This document shows positions 43,803-52,176 of a stretch of 56,295 nt of DNA, in pieces (position 1 is the first letter of the stretch; each line of letters opens with the position of its first letter). The translations under genes and the position numbers were made by a program. The notes under the pieces are model-generated. The model was given only the letters and a program-made list of their open reading frames with translations. It searched no databases and was not told the origin of the DNA. The DNA comes from Clostridia bacterium (lineage in GTDB: Bacteria; Bacillota; Clostridia; Oscillospirales; CAG-272). The DNA lies in assembly GCA_017938425.1 (NCBI GenBank), contig JAGBBQ010000086.1:1-56295 (forward strand), given 5' to 3'.

Positions 43803-43822
43803 CCGATTGGAGGACAATACGT

Positions 43823-44998
43823 ATGGCCACCGCTATCAAAACACAAGACGCCGCCGTCGCATTCGCTGCGGCTATCGAGATCCGCGAGGTGCACACCAAA
43901 AAGGAGCTTCACACCTGGGTCCGATTCCCGAATACGCTCTATAAGGAAAACGAGTGCTTCGTTCCCTTCCTTGAAAGCGACGAGATGGATACCTTCTCGG
44001 GCTCCGTCGAAAAAAATCCCGCGTACAAATTCTGCGAGACGCGGCTCTTCCTCGCCTACAAGGACGGCAAGGCGGTCGGAAGGATCGCGGGACTCATCAA
44101 CCGCGCATACAACGAAAAATGGAAAAAGAACGCCATCCGCTTCACACGCTTTGACTTTATCGATGACCCCTCGGTCTCCTCGGCGCTCTTCGGCGCCGTG
44201 GTCGCATGGGGCAAGGAAAACGGCCTTACCGAGATCATGGGACCGATCGGATTTACCGATATGGACCACGAGGGAATGCTCGTCGAGGGCTTCGATGAGT
44301 TCAATATGTCAATAACATTTTACAATTTCCCTTATTATCTTACCCATATGGACAGACTCGGGCTCGTAAAGGACATCGACTGGATCGAATATGAGATCAG
44401 CGTTCCCACCGAGATCCACCCCGCGCTTGCGAGGATCTCGCAGAGGCTCATCCGTATGCGCGGCTACGAGGTCGTGACCTACACCGACCGCGAGGTGCTC
44501 CATAGAGATGCCCTCGAGGCCTTCAAGGTGATCGACGTCGCCTTCTCGAAGCTCTACGGCACCGTGCCGCTGACGCCCGAGATCATCGAAAACGCCGTCA
44601 ATAGCTATATTCCCCTGGTGCATCTCGATTACATCTGCGCCATCAAGGATAAGGAGGGGAAAATCATCGCCTTCGGCGTGATGGTTCCCTCTATCGCAAA
44701 GGCGCTGAAGCGCTCGCACGGCAAGCTCTTCCCCCTCGGTATTTTCCGTATGCTGCACGCGCTCAAGGGCAAAAACGACACCCTGGAGATGTACTTCGTT
44801 GCGGTAGAGCCCGAGCATCAGATGGAGGGCGTGCCCGCGATCCTGATCACCACGTTGCTCGAGAAGGCGATCAAGAACGGCATCCGCTTCTGTGAGACGG
44901 GGCCGATGCTGGAGACCAATGCGGACGTGCACAGCCTCTGGCGCCCCTTCGAGCACAGGCAGCACAAGCGCCGCCGCTGCTTTATCAAGAGCATTTAA
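43823..44998 (+). CDS. Uncharacterized about 390-aa protein, probable GNAT-fold acyltransferase
   Basis: The GNAT assignment rests on general resemblance (FLAYKDGKAVGRIAGLIN ... VAVEPEHQMEGVPAILI, the acetyl-CoA-loop-like Q/RxxGxG/A position). RBS ggagg. It is a real-looking ORF with normal composition. Confidence 0.5.
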   Translation: MATAIKTQDAAVAFAAAIEIREVHTKKELHTWVRFPNTLYKENECFVPFLESDEMDTFSGSVEKNPAYKFCETRLFLAYKDGKAVGRIAGLINRAYNEKWKKNAIRFTRFDFIDDPSVSSALFGAVVAWGKENGLTEIMGPIGFTDMDHEGMLVEGFDEFNMSITFYNFPYYLTHMDRLGLVKDIDWIEYEISVPTEIHPALARISQRLIRMRGYEVVTYTDREVLHRDALEAFKVIDVAFSKLYGTVPLTPEIIENAVNSYIPLVHLDYICAIKDKEGKIIAFGVMVPSIAKALKRSHGKLFPLGIFRMLHALKGKNDTLEMYFVAVEPEHQMEGVPAILITTLLEKAIKNGIRFCETGPMLETNADVHSLWRPFEHRQHKRRRCFIKSI

Positions 44999-45096
44999 GA
45001 AACGTACGGCACGAAATATTCGGCTTGCAAGGAAGCCTTTATTACTCAAACCGCAAATTTTTGGACGGCCGCCATCGGCGGCGGAACGGAGCTTTT

Positions 45097-45495
45097 ATGA
45101 ACGAAAACAAAAAGCAGCTGAAGCAGATGATCAAGTTCACGCTTTTTTCGGTGTCTGCCGGGATCATACAGGTTGGCACCTTTGCGTTGCTTGAGATTTT
45201 TATCAAGACCTACTGGATCCCCTATCTTACCTCCCTCGTGCTTTCCATTCTCTGGAACTTTACCCTGAACCGAAGATATACCTTCAAATCGGCGGCGAAC
45301 GTGCCGATCGCAATGGCGAAGATATTCGGCTTTTATCTCGTCTTCACGCCGCTCTCCACCTGGCTCGGCAACCTTGCGGAGGGTGCGGGCGTCAACGATT
45401 TTCTCATCCTCGGCGTGACGATGCTTGCAAACTTCGTGCTTGAATTTCTCTTTTCCAAGTTTTTCGTTTACCGCGGAAAAGAGGATACATTATAA
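45097..45495 (+). CDS. GtrA-family membrane protein
   Basis: IKFTLFSVSAGIIQVGTFALL ... ILWNFTLNRRYTFKS, the GtrA signature. 132 aa with 4 TM helices. Confidence 0.85.
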   Translation: MNENKKQLKQMIKFTLFSVSAGIIQVGTFALLEIFIKTYWIPYLTSLVLSILWNFTLNRRYTFKSAANVPIAMAKIFGFYLVFTPLSTWLGNLAEGAGVNDFLILGVTMLANFVLEFLFSKFFVYRGKEDTL

Positions 45496-45615
45496 ATAAA
45501 ACAGGGGTATTGTGAAATGAACACAGTACCCCTTTAATAATATGCCTGAATTCTTAATGCGACAGCCCCTTTTTTGGAAGATCACGGATATTTCTGCCGA
45601 TTCTTCAGTTTTTTC

Positions 45616-45644
45616 TTTACATTTTGAAATAAATATAGTATAAT
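45616..45644 (+). promoter_or_regulatory. Sigma-A type promoter of the unknown-LemA pair
   Basis: TTTACA (45616-45621), 17-nt spacer, TATAAT (45639-45644). Confidence 0.75.
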
Positions 45645-45664
45645 GCTGTTAGGAGGTGAAGCCG

Positions 45665-47272
45665 ATGAATGAAATGATCTATAATCCGATGGAAGAATTT
45701 GACCGAAAATTCAAGGATCTTCACTTGGAAAACACGAAAAAGCATTTCGATATGCTGACCGAGCAGTCACACATCGACGTGGAGGCGAACCGCAAGACGG
45801 TCAAGGAGCATAAGAGGCTCTCCGAGAACCTCAAAAAGATCAAAAGAAGATATAATCTTTTGCGCGTGCTTCGCATTCTTATGTATATCACGCTCCTTCT
45901 GATCCCGATCGTGATATGGAAGGTCACCCCGAGGATCCGGGCGCTGAAGGCCGAGATCGAGCGTGCGGACCAAAGGATCGAGGAGCTTTACGAGCTGGCG
46001 CTCTCCCAGATGGCACCGCTCAACGCGCTCTTTACCGACCGCGATTCGCTGATGATCATCGAGCAAACGATGCCGCTCGTTTCCTTTGCTCCCTGCTTCA
46101 CGGCACAGCAGGAGGCGAATATGGTGACGAATTACGATTTCGAGGCCGAGAGCGAGGAGAACGGATCCACCGTGGATCTGCTCGCCGGTGAATATAACGG
46201 CAACCCCTTCCTTTTCGAGAACCGCTTATGCCACACCATGGGCACGGAGCTTTATCACGGCTATAAAACGATCCGATGGTCCGAGCGCTACCGCGGCAGC
46301 GACGGAAAGATGCACACGCGCACGCGCACGCAGAGCTTGCACGCGACCGTGCAGAAGCCGAAGCCCTTCTTCACCTCGCAGGTGCGGCTGCAATACTGCG
46401 CGCAGGGCGGGCCGGAGCTTTCCTTCACGCGCGATGCGACGAACCTTGACGAAAAGAACGAGCGGCAGATCGAGCGCTACGTAAAAAAGGGCGAGAAGCG
46501 GCTGAAGAAAAAGACCGACAAGGCGATCGGCAAGAACCAAAGCTTCACGAGCATGTCCAATACCGACTTTGAGGTCCTCTTCGACGCGCTCGACCGCACG
46601 CACGAGGTGCAGTTCCGCACGCTCTTCACCCCCTTGGCACAGACGAATATGGTGGATCTCATCCGCTCGCAGACCGCCTACGGCGACGATTTCCATTTCA
46701 TCAAGAAAAAGAGAACGAATACGATCATCACCGAGCATAGCCAAGGGCGTGCGATCACCGTTCCCGCCTCGGCGTACGTATCCTATTCCTACGATTACAC
46801 GAAGGAATGCTTCATCGGAAGAAATACGGAGTTTTTCAAGCAGGTGTACTTTGATTTCGCGCCCCTGCTCGCCATTCCTCTCTATCAGGAGCGCCCCGTG
46901 CATTCGCTGCAGCCGATCCCCGATTGCCCGCATGCCTATTCCCACAGGGAATGCGAGGCGCTTTCCTACGCGGTGAGCACCGAATACACCGTGCATCCCT
47001 CCACCAAGACGCAGGCAATACTGAGATCCGTTCCCGTGCGCTCCGAGGGCGGCGTGGACGAGATCTGTATCAAGTCCTTCTCCTACGATATCGTTCCCCG
47101 CGTGGACTACGTCAGCGTGCACGGAGACGACGGACGCTGGCACAGCGTTCCTGTTCCGTGGGACGATTACATCCCCCTTACATCGAGCCATAGCTTCTTC
47201 GTCGCAAGCGAAGCGCTCGCGGCAGAGCACTTCATTATGGCGAAGCGAGGCGGACTTTGCATTTTTAATTAA
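45665..47272 (+). CDS. Uncharacterized 535-aa protein: N-terminal coiled-coil, one TM helix, then a large globular domain of unknown family
   Basis: ATG at 45665 lies 8 nt after aggagg. TM segment LRVLRILMYITLLLIPIVIW is flanked by charged helices (KAEIERADQRIEELYELA). I recognised no family motif. Confidence 0.6.
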   Translation: MNEMIYNPMEEFDRKFKDLHLENTKKHFDMLTEQSHIDVEANRKTVKEHKRLSENLKKIKRRYNLLRVLRILMYITLLLIPIVIWKVTPRIRALKAEIERADQRIEELYELALSQMAPLNALFTDRDSLMIIEQTMPLVSFAPCFTAQQEANMVTNYDFEAESEENGSTVDLLAGEYNGNPFLFENRLCHTMGTELYHGYKTIRWSERYRGSDGKMHTRTRTQSLHATVQKPKPFFTSQVRLQYCAQGGPELSFTRDATNLDEKNERQIERYVKKGEKRLKKKTDKAIGKNQSFTSMSNTDFEVLFDALDRTHEVQFRTLFTPLAQTNMVDLIRSQTAYGDDFHFIKKKRTNTIITEHSQGRAITVPASAYVSYSYDYTKECFIGRNTEFFKQVYFDFAPLLAIPLYQERPVHSLQPIPDCPHAYSHRECEALSYAVSTEYTVHPSTKTQAILRSVPVRSEGGVDEICIKSFSYDIVPRVDYVSVHGDDGRWHSVPVPWDDYIPLTSSHSFFVASEALAAEHFIMAKRGGLCIFN

Positions 47273-47297
47273 ATTTTTATATAAAGGAGATAACAAT

Positions 47298-47966
47298 ATG
47301 GCAAATCAGCTTGACGAGCTTAATCCCGAGATCCGCGAGGAGGGTCTGGACACCAACGTGATCGTGAAGAAGCTGCCCGCCGAGGTCGGCATCGGCTCCA
47401 AGATCTTCGAGATCCTTCTTTGGGTATGCGCTATCATCCCCGGCGTGATCTTCCTTTTCAAGAAGATCCATGCGCAAAAGCACTTTGATCAGCTGCAGCA
47501 GCGCATCCAGAGAAACGCATCGCAGATCGACAACTATCTTGAGCAGCGCGTGATCGTGCTGCAGAACTGCGCACGTCTTCTCGACAAGGCGATCGACCTT
47601 GACAAGAGCACCTTCGAGAACATCGCGAAATACCGCGCCGGATACAAGGAGGATTCCGACGTCGCACGCAACGAGCTGAGCGGGCAGGTGGATAGGATCT
47701 CCCGCAGCGTCAACGTCGCGATGGAAAGCTACCCCAATCTGCAGGCACACAGAGAGATCGCGGATGCGATGCAGCAGAATATGTATCTGCAAAGAGAGAT
47801 CACCGCGGCAAGAGAGCTTTACAACGATACCGTGAACGAGTGGAACAAGGATATCTTCGCCTGGCCCACCAAGAAGATCGTTGCCGCAAAGAACGGCTAC
47901 ACCACGCGTATCCCCTTCGCTGCCTCGCAGGAGATCAAGGAAAAGGCGAGAGGCGTTTTCTTCTGA
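47298..47966 (+). CDS. lemA: LemA family protein
   Basis: A single TM (IFEILLWVCAIIPGVIFLF) followed by LemA blocks (QIDNYLEQR ... NIAKYR ... YPNLQAHREI ... LQREITAARELYNDTVNEWN ... FP). RBS aaaggaga. Confidence 0.85.
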   Translation: MANQLDELNPEIREEGLDTNVIVKKLPAEVGIGSKIFEILLWVCAIIPGVIFLFKKIHAQKHFDQLQQRIQRNASQIDNYLEQRVIVLQNCARLLDKAIDLDKSTFENIAKYRAGYKEDSDVARNELSGQVDRISRSVNVAMESYPNLQAHREIADAMQQNMYLQREITAARELYNDTVNEWNKDIFAWPTKKIVAAKNGYTTRIPFAASQEIKEKARGVFF

Positions 47967-47973
47967 TAACAAA

Positions 47974-48009
47974 ATGAAAAGGACGGGAACCGTTTCCCGT
48001 CCTTTTCAT
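47974..48009. terminator. Bidirectional rho-independent terminator between lemA and the convergent regulator
   Basis: atgaaaaggacgggaa-ccgt-ttcccgtccttttcat, a perfect 16-bp stem. The right arm contains the stop codon of the minus-strand gene. Confidence 0.85.
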
Positions 48010-49088
48010 TTTCCCCTCGTTTTTCTCAGCGCGCGCCGCACACGGTTGATATGCCGCTCGAAATCGCCGCTTTGCAAAAGCTGCGCGAGCACGAGCTGCT
48101 CAAATACGGGCACGGTGCAGGAATAGAAGCCGAGCTTCTTCTCGAACGTGCCCACCAGCGAGCGCGGCAGCACCATATATCCGATACGCAGCGCGGGAGA
48201 AACGGTTTTGGAAAAGGTGTTCATATAGATCACGTTATCTCCGTCGGAAAGCGAAAAAAGCGTATCCTCGGGCTTGGAGGAGACCGAAAACTCCGATTCA
48301 AAATCGTCCTCGACGATGATGCGGCCGTCCTTTGCCGCCCAGCGTATATATTCGTGGCGCTTATTGGCGGAGGCGGTAATACCCGTCGGATAGCTGCGGT
48401 AGGGCGTGGTATGAATGACCGTTGCCCCCGTACCGGCAAGCGCGGCACTTTCTATCCCGTCGTGCGAGAGAGGAAGCCGCTCGCAGCGCACGCCTGCCGC
48501 GCGGTAGATCTGCTCGATCTTCTGATAGGACGGCGACTCCAGGCCGTATACCCGATCTCTTCCGAGCATCGTGATGATCAGGCCGTACAGATACTCTGCG
48601 CCCGAGCCGATGACGATCTGACAGCGCTCCGCGCGCATACCGCGGTTGCGCATAAGATAGCTGCGGATCGCCTCGCGCAGCTCGACCGTTCCCGGGTTGG
48701 GAGAGCGCTCCATCAACCCTTCGGCATAATCGGAGAGCACGCGGCGCATCGTTCTTGCGAGGACCGAAAACGGAAAATCCGGGTGCTTACGGCTGCTATG
48801 CGCGACGGCGCGCGGCTTATATGCTTCGGCGGGCGCGGCAAAGCCGTCCGCCTCTCTGAAGATCACGAAGAAGCCGCTTCTCTCCCTCGACTCCGCATAC
48901 CCCTCGTCGCAAAGCAGGGCGTACGCATGATCCACCGTCACCGTGCTGACCGCAAGCTCGTCGCAGAGAAGCCGTATGGAGGGCAGCTTCTCACCGTACG
49001 GATAGATCCCCGCGATAATGTCCTGGCGTATTTGCCTGTAGATCTGCATATATACGGGGCGGTCGTTTTTATCGATCGTGTATTTCAT
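48006..49088 (-). CDS. MocR/PdxR-like GntR-family regulator (wHTH + aminotransferase-fold domain), short form
   Basis: N-terminal GntR HTH (PVYMQIYRQIRQDIIAGIYPYGEKLPSIRLLCDELAVSTVTVDHAYALLCDEGY). Aminotransferase class I/II large domain with NTFSKTVSPALRIGY (PLP-lysine context). It ends right after HINRVRRALRK, so the usual C-terminal small domain is absent. Confidence 0.8.
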   Translation of the reverse strand: MKYTIDKNDRPVYMQIYRQIRQDIIAGIYPYGEKLPSIRLLCDELAVSTVTVDHAYALLCDEGYAESRERSGFFVIFREADGFAAPAEAYKPRAVAHSSRKHPDFPFSVLARTMRRVLSDYAEGLMERSPNPGTVELREAIRSYLMRNRGMRAERCQIVIGSGAEYLYGLIITMLGRDRVYGLESPSYQKIEQIYRAAGVRCERLPLSHDGIESAALAGTGATVIHTTPYRSYPTGITASANKRHEYIRWAAKDGRIIVEDDFESEFSVSSKPEDTLFSLSDGDNVIYMNTFSKTVSPALRIGYMVLPRSLVGTFEKKLGFYSCTVPVFEQLVLAQLLQSGDFERHINRVRRALRKTRGK

Positions 49089-49179
49089 CTGTATATATAA
49101 AATTCTCCTATTCTGACTGTTTTTATATCAACAAAACTATTATATAATAGAATCACAAAAAATGCAAGGAGAAAAAACA

Positions 49180-50010
49180 ATGGCTTACAAAAAAATCCTT
49201 ACGATCCAGGATATATCCTGTGTCGGTCAGTGCTCGCTGACGGTGGCGCTCCCGATCCTCTCCGCCTGCGGCCTTGAGACCTGCATCCTTCCCTCCGCGG
49301 TGCTTTCGACGCACACGGCGGGCTTCAGCGGCTTCACCTTCCGTGATCTGACGGACGATATGCCCGCGATACAGGCACATTGGCAGAAGGAGGGCATTCG
49401 CTTCAGCGCGATCTACACGGGGTATCTCGGCAGCGTCAAGCAGGTCGGCTACGTGCAGAGCATTCTCGATACGATGGGCACCGAGGATTGCGTTCGCATC
49501 GTGGATCCCGCGATGGCGGACAACGGTAAGCTATATTCGATCTTCAACGACGAGTACGTAGCGGCAATGCGCGGGCTCTGCGCATCGGCGGACATCCTGC
49601 TCCCCAATATCACCGAGGCCTGCTTCCTCGCAAAGGTCGAATACCGCGAGACCTACGACGAGGATTACATCCGGACGCTCCTTGAAAAGCTCGCGGCGCT
49701 CGGCGCACGGACGGTCGTTCTCACCGGCGTCGGCTACCGCCCCGGCAAGACCGGCGTGGTCGTTTACGAGAACGGCAATATCCGCTATTACGAGCATGAC
49801 AAGGTATCCAAGGGCTGCCACGGCACGGGCGATATCTACGCCTCCGCCTTCACGGGCGCACTTATGAACGGTAAGGAGATCCTTGAGGCGGCAAAGATCG
49901 CCGCGGACTACACCGTGAAATGCATCGTCAATACGCAGGGAGATGAGAGCCACTGGTACGGCGCGAAGTTTGAGACCGCGCTCGGCGATCTGATGGCGGC
50001 GCTCGCGTAA
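49180..50010 (+). CDS. pdxK: Pyridoxal/pyridoxamine kinase
   Basis: ILTIQDISCVGQCSLTVALPILSACG ... IYTGYLGS ... DPAMADNGKLY ... GTGDIYASAF. ATG at 49180 lies 7 nt after aaggaga. Confidence 0.88.
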   Translation: MAYKKILTIQDISCVGQCSLTVALPILSACGLETCILPSAVLSTHTAGFSGFTFRDLTDDMPAIQAHWQKEGIRFSAIYTGYLGSVKQVGYVQSILDTMGTEDCVRIVDPAMADNGKLYSIFNDEYVAAMRGLCASADILLPNITEACFLAKVEYRETYDEDYIRTLLEKLAALGARTVVLTGVGYRPGKTGVVVYENGNIRYYEHDKVSKGCHGTGDIYASAFTGALMNGKEILEAAKIAADYTVKCIVNTQGDESHWYGAKFETALGDLMAALA

Positions 50011-50024
50011 GAGCATACAAATAA

Positions 50025-50063
50025 AGCGGCTTTCGTTTACCGACGAAGGCCGCTCTTTTTTTG
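50025..50063 (+). terminator. Rho-independent terminator after pdxK
   Basis: agcggctttcg ... cgaaggccgct (one mismatch) followed by cttttttt. Confidence 0.8.
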
Positions 50064-50350
50064 CGTGCAAGCCCGCGCTCCGATATACGCAAGGGAGATC
50101 CTCCCTCTCTACGGGGCTTAATCAACAAAAATGTAAACCGTCGGTTTGCTTTTTTTCGCATATCAGGACGCAATTGTAAAAAAAGCAACCGTCCTTTGAC
50201 AGATTGAAAGCCGGCGGTTGGTGGTGCGTAACCGCGGTTTATGCTATCATATCAATACAAAAAAATGAACGAGCATTTTTTTGCTTTCATCAATTATTTT
50301 CTTCTCTTTTGGACATAATAGATGGTAACAAACAAAAAACGGAGGTATGT

Positions 50351-51013
50351 ATGTTCAAACACGAAAAGCTTTTATTTCATCCTGTAGAGGTGGAGCGGCC
50401 GAATCCGCAATATGCCGTTTTGCTCCAGGAGCAGCTCGGCGGCGGAAACGGAGAACTCAAGGCGGCGATGCAGTATATGTCGCAGAGCTTTCGCATTAAG
50501 GATCCCGAGATCAAGGATCTCTTCCTCGACATAGCGGCCGAGGAGCTTGGGCATATGGAAATGGTGGCGCAGACCATCCATCTGCTCAACGGACACGACG
50601 TGGACGCGACCAAGGTGCAGGCGGGCGAGGTGCAGACACACGTTCTGCTTGGACTCAATCCCGGACTCATCAATGCCTCGGGCTATTCGTGGACCGCGGA
50701 TTACGTTACCGTTACGGGCGACCTGTGCGCCGATCTGCTCTCCAATATCGCTTCCGAGCAGAGAGCCAAGGTCGTTTATGAGTATCTTTACCGCCAGATC
50801 GAGGACAAGAAGGTCAGAGAGACCATTGATTTCCTTCTCAACCGCGAGGAGGCGCACAATCAGATGTTCCGTGACGCCTTTAATAAGGTACAGGATACCG
50901 GCTCGAACCGTGATTTCGGTACGACCAAGGCGGCAAGGATGTACTTCTCGCTCTCGAATCCGGGACCGAATACGTTTGCGACGGGCGAAACGCACGCGCC
51001 GTCCTTTAACTGA
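50351..51013 (+). CDS. Manganese catalase family protein (CotJC-like)
   Basis: PNPQYAVLLQEQLGGGNGELKAAMQYMSQSF ... AAEELGHMEMVA ... SEQRAKVVYE ... EEAHNQMF, the di-Mn ferritin-like motifs. ATG lies 5 nt after ggagg. Confidence 0.9.
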   Translation: MFKHEKLLFHPVEVERPNPQYAVLLQEQLGGGNGELKAAMQYMSQSFRIKDPEIKDLFLDIAAEELGHMEMVAQTIHLLNGHDVDATKVQAGEVQTHVLLGLNPGLINASGYSWTADYVTVTGDLCADLLSNIASEQRAKVVYEYLYRQIEDKKVRETIDFLLNREEAHNQMFRDAFNKVQDTGSNRDFGTTKAARMYFSLSNPGPNTFATGETHAPSFN

Positions 51014-51107
51014 ATCTCAAAAAATCACCGTCAAGCCCTTGGCGGTGATTTTACATACCGTATATTTCAGCGATCGCTTTGGCAGAAGCGGGAAAGAGGT
51101 GTTCATT

Positions 51108-52058
51108 ATGTGTACGGCCGTTTGCTATAGAAGCAATGCCGATTATTTTGGCAGGAATCTGGATCTTCACTGCGGATACGGCGAGAGCGTAGTGATCACT
51201 CCGAGAAATTATGAAATAAAAATGCGCTGCGAGGCGCCGATACGGTCGCACTACGCAATGATCGGTATGGCCGCCCTCCGCGATGGATTCCCTCTTTACT
51301 ACGAGGCTACGAACGAAAAGGGGCTCTCTATGGCGGGCTTGAATTTTCCCGAAAACGCATGCTACCTTCCCTTCGCAAAGGGAAAGGACAACATTACACC
51401 CTTTGAGCTTATTCCTTGGATTTTAGCGCAGTGTGTCTGTGTTGATGAAGCGAAGGCTCTACTTACCAAAATCAATTTGATCAATATTGATTTTAACGAG
51501 CAGCTTCCATTGTCACCGCTTCACTGGATGATCAGCGATAAAAAGCAAAGCATTGTTGCGGAGCCGCTGAAGGAGGGACTGAAAATATACGACGACCCCT
51601 TCGAGGTCCTCACCAACAATCCGCCCTTTGAATATCACTGTACGAACGTAAGCAACTATATGGGACTGAGCAATGGCAAAGCGACCGACCGATTCAAGGA
51701 AGGCATACCTGTGAAAAACTACAGTCTCGGCTTAGGCGCCTTGGGCTTGCCCGGAGATTTTTCGAGCGCGTCGCGGTTTATCCGGGCACTCTTCGTAAAG
51801 GAAAACTCGGCATCGGAGCGAAACGAAAAATCAAATGTGAATCAGTTCTTTCACATTCTGAATTCCGTTGCGATGCCAAGGGGGTGCGTTCGGGCGGACG
51901 AGGGCTTTGAATATACGCGCTACAGCAGCTGCTGCAATGCGGATACGGGTGTTTATTATTACACGACCTATGACGAGCGTGCGGTCACCGCGATCCCTAT
52001 GCACGGCGCTGATCTGAATGCATCGTGCTTATACACGTATGACGTCAGGGGCTTATAA
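51108..52058 (+). CDS. Choloylglycine hydrolase family protein (linear amide C-N hydrolase; bile-salt-hydrolase-like)
   Basis: An Ntn-hydrolase N-terminus MCTAV (Cys2 nucleophile) followed by YFGRNLD. 316 aa. The upstream part of the track ORF (50547-) is the out-of-frame shadow of the catalase gene. Confidence 0.88.
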   Translation: MCTAVCYRSNADYFGRNLDLHCGYGESVVITPRNYEIKMRCEAPIRSHYAMIGMAALRDGFPLYYEATNEKGLSMAGLNFPENACYLPFAKGKDNITPFELIPWILAQCVCVDEAKALLTKINLINIDFNEQLPLSPLHWMISDKKQSIVAEPLKEGLKIYDDPFEVLTNNPPFEYHCTNVSNYMGLSNGKATDRFKEGIPVKNYSLGLGALGLPGDFSSASRFIRALFVKENSASERNEKSNVNQFFHILNSVAMPRGCVRADEGFEYTRYSSCCNADTGVYYYTTYDERAVTAIPMHGADLNASCLYTYDVRGL

Positions 52059-52079
52059 CCGCTTCGGCAAATGCAAATC

Positions 52080-52109
52080 TTGACATGAACAGAAAACATG
52101 TGTTATAAT
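52080..52109 (+). promoter_or_regulatory. Sigma-A type promoter of ktrBA
   Basis: TTGACA (52080-52085), 18-nt spacer, TGt-TATAAT (52104-52109). Confidence 0.75.
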
Positions 52110-52176
52110 ATGAAAAAAAGGACCCCGCCGACTGCTGACGACATTGGTTCCTTTATGCTTTTTTGAGGATGTACTT

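Noticed and set aside
52059-52176. A c-di-AMP (ydaO/kimA-type) riboswitch upstream of ktrB.
   Set aside because: Only about 65 nt lie between the promoter and the start codon, far shorter than the riboswitch. No ACGGGGA-type conserved cores were noticed.
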